Positions 62,996 through 64,000 of a stretch of DNA of 64,000 nucleotides are shown one piece after another. A program made the translations under genes and the position numbers. The notes under the pieces were generated by a model. That model was not told the origin of the DNA, did not search any database, and saw only the letters and a list, made by a program, of their open reading frames with translations. This DNA comes from Armatimonadota bacterium (GTDB lineage: Bacteria > Armatimonadota > UBA5829 > DTLH01), in contig JAKPFN010000014.1 of assembly GCA_029551395.1 (NCBI GenBank), forward strand, positions 319-64,318, given 5' to 3'. Numbering within the stretch: the first letter of the stretch is position 1; the number at the start of each line of letters is the position of its first letter.

Positions 62996-63610
62996 ATGGC
63001 AGACAAGGCACTTGTTATCATAGATGTCCAAAAGTGTTTCCTACCAGGCGGACCGCTTGCAGTAGAAGAAGGAGACAAGGTTGTTCCTGTACTGAATGAA
63101 TATATTAAGATATTCAAAAACCGAGGACTTCCAATTTTCGCAACCAGAGACTGGCATCCACCTGTCACAAAACACTTCAAGGAATACGGCGGACTTTGGC
63201 CGCCTCACTGCATCAGAGACACTCCCGGTGCGGAATTTGCGCCTGGTCTGGAACTACCGGAAGATACGGAAATCATATCTGCAGGTGTTGGCCCTGAGGA
63301 AGAAGGTTATTCCTCTTTTGAAGGCGCCAACGAAGATGGCGAAAGCTTCGAAGAAGTACTGCGGTCCCAGGGAATTTTGCATCTTTATGTCGGTGGAATA
63401 GCAACAGATTACTGCGTAAAAGAAACAACCCTGGATGCTCTACGGAAAGGATTCAAGGCGACACTGCTTCAAGATGCCGTAAAGGCCGTAAACTTGAAGC
63501 CTGGAGATGACAAAAGGGCAATAGACGATATGGTAGAAGCCGGAGCTAAAGTATCTGAGCTGGAAGAGGTAAGAAAAGAACTGGAATCCACTGTCAGGAC
63601 GCAGATTTAA
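62996..63610 (+). CDS. pncA: Isochorismatase-family cysteine hydrolase (nicotinamidase/pyrazinamidase-like)
   Basis: 204 aa. 'ALVIIDVQKCF', 'TRDWHPP', the catalytic Cys in 'IATDYCVKET', and a conserved Lys. SD 'ggaggt'. Confidence 0.75.
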   Translation: MADKALVIIDVQKCFLPGGPLAVEEGDKVVPVLNEYIKIFKNRGLPIFATRDWHPPVTKHFKEYGGLWPPHCIRDTPGAEFAPGLELPEDTEIISAGVGPEEEGYSSFEGANEDGESFEEVLRSQGILHLYVGGIATDYCVKETTLDALRKGFKATLLQDAVKAVNLKPGDDKRAIDDMVEAGAKVSELEEVRKELESTVRTQI

Positions 63611-64000
63611 TCCGGCACATACGGCACTACATTGGGAATCAACATAGGCACATGTTCGCGGTAGTGCTCGTATTCTATTCCAAAGCGCTTGACAAGAGTC
63701 TTCTCTTCAAAAAACCGGATGTATCCGGCGGAAATCAAGGCTGCGACTGGCAACAGCGCAACACCTGCTACAGAGTTCACCAGAAACGCTGCTCCCAGAA
63801 AGATGAATTGCAGCCCGAATACCATCGGATTACGCACATAAGCGTAGGGGCCGGTTATCACTAGCTGCTTGGTAGGTTCCAGAGCATAACCAAATATCTC
63901 TGAAGGTGATCCCTGTCCTATAAAGACCAACGCTGAGTAAGCCCATAATATCCAGAACAAACCCCAGGTCCATACTACACCGGTAAGCAGCAGGTTTGCA
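63607..64000 (-). CDS. Isoprenylcysteine carboxyl methyltransferase / phospholipid methyltransferase-family membrane protein; the 5' end lies beyond the window
   Basis: C-terminal 117 aa are visible. 'ITGPYAYVRNPMVFGLQFIFLGAAF' followed by 'EEKTLVKRFGIEYEHYREHVP' is the ICMT/PEMT signature. Confidence 0.6.
   Translation of the reverse strand, partial: ANLLLTGVVWTWGLFWILWAYSALVFIGQGSPSEIFGYALEPTKQLVITGPYAYVRNPMVFGLQFIFLGAAFLVNSVAGVALLPVAALISAGYIRFFEEKTLVKRFGIEYEHYREHVPMLIPNVVPYVPD

Overview
The window is a gene-dense (~90% coding) chromosomal segment of a bacterium that is probably diderm, judging from MreBCD, a CpxP/Spy-like periplasmic protein, a BON/OsmY-like protein and lipoproteins. No rRNA, tRNA, CRISPR array, transposase or integrase was recognised. 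I call about 60 CDSs.

Housekeeping blocks:
- A minus-strand mreB-mreC-mreD-(Cys-rich small ORF)-nth operon.
- hisF-hisI.
- An ECF sigma / zf-HC2 anti-sigma / CpxP-like triad.
- pfkB-fba and a stress cluster (hpf, osmC, a rubrerythrin-like gene).
- aroA-tyrA-aroF(DAHP synthase)-hisC.
- apt and mtnA-mtnP.
- rnc followed by an aminotransferase gene.
- The classic yceD-rpmF-plsX-fabH-fabD-fabG-acpP-fabF cluster, here with two tandem acpP genes.
- ackA-pta, coaD, recG, a GH36-like alpha-galactosidase, an SDR, ugd and a TPR protein.

Non-routine content:
1. A locus at 26.1-37.2 kb holds an ECF sigma factor fused to a ~500-aa C-terminal extension containing HEAT/PBS-lyase repeats. It is divergent from a glycerol-dehydrogenase-like gene. 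On the minus strand sit two ~937-aa paralogous secreted LamG-BIG2-zincin (M6/InhA-like HEFGHxCxALPDLYGYP) proteins. They bracket a 193-aa cysteine-rich protein, and a Gfo/Idh/MocA oxidoreductase gene lies upstream.
2. Two ~250-300-bp homologous complex repeat elements sit in inverted orientation at 5.3 kb and 13.5 kb, flanking an 8-kb block. They are built from TTGCAA-centred palindromes plus different tandem expansions.
3. That block carries a partner-switching module: a 918-aa sensor PP2C phosphatase and a fused STAS-HATPase kinase, with no sigma factor partner nearby.
4. A gene pair resembling a split ArgZ/AgrE arginine-to-ornithine/proline system: a TIGR00300/LOR-SDH-type ornithine-cyclodeaminase-like gene plus a guanidino-modifying (amidinotransferase/DDAH-fold) gene.
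5. Several small unlisted elements: an lmo0937-family 51-aa membrane protein, strong terminator hairpins, a direct-repeat leader ahead of rnc, and a palindromic operator-like site.

All functional calls rest on motif and domain recognition by eye. No database search was possible.
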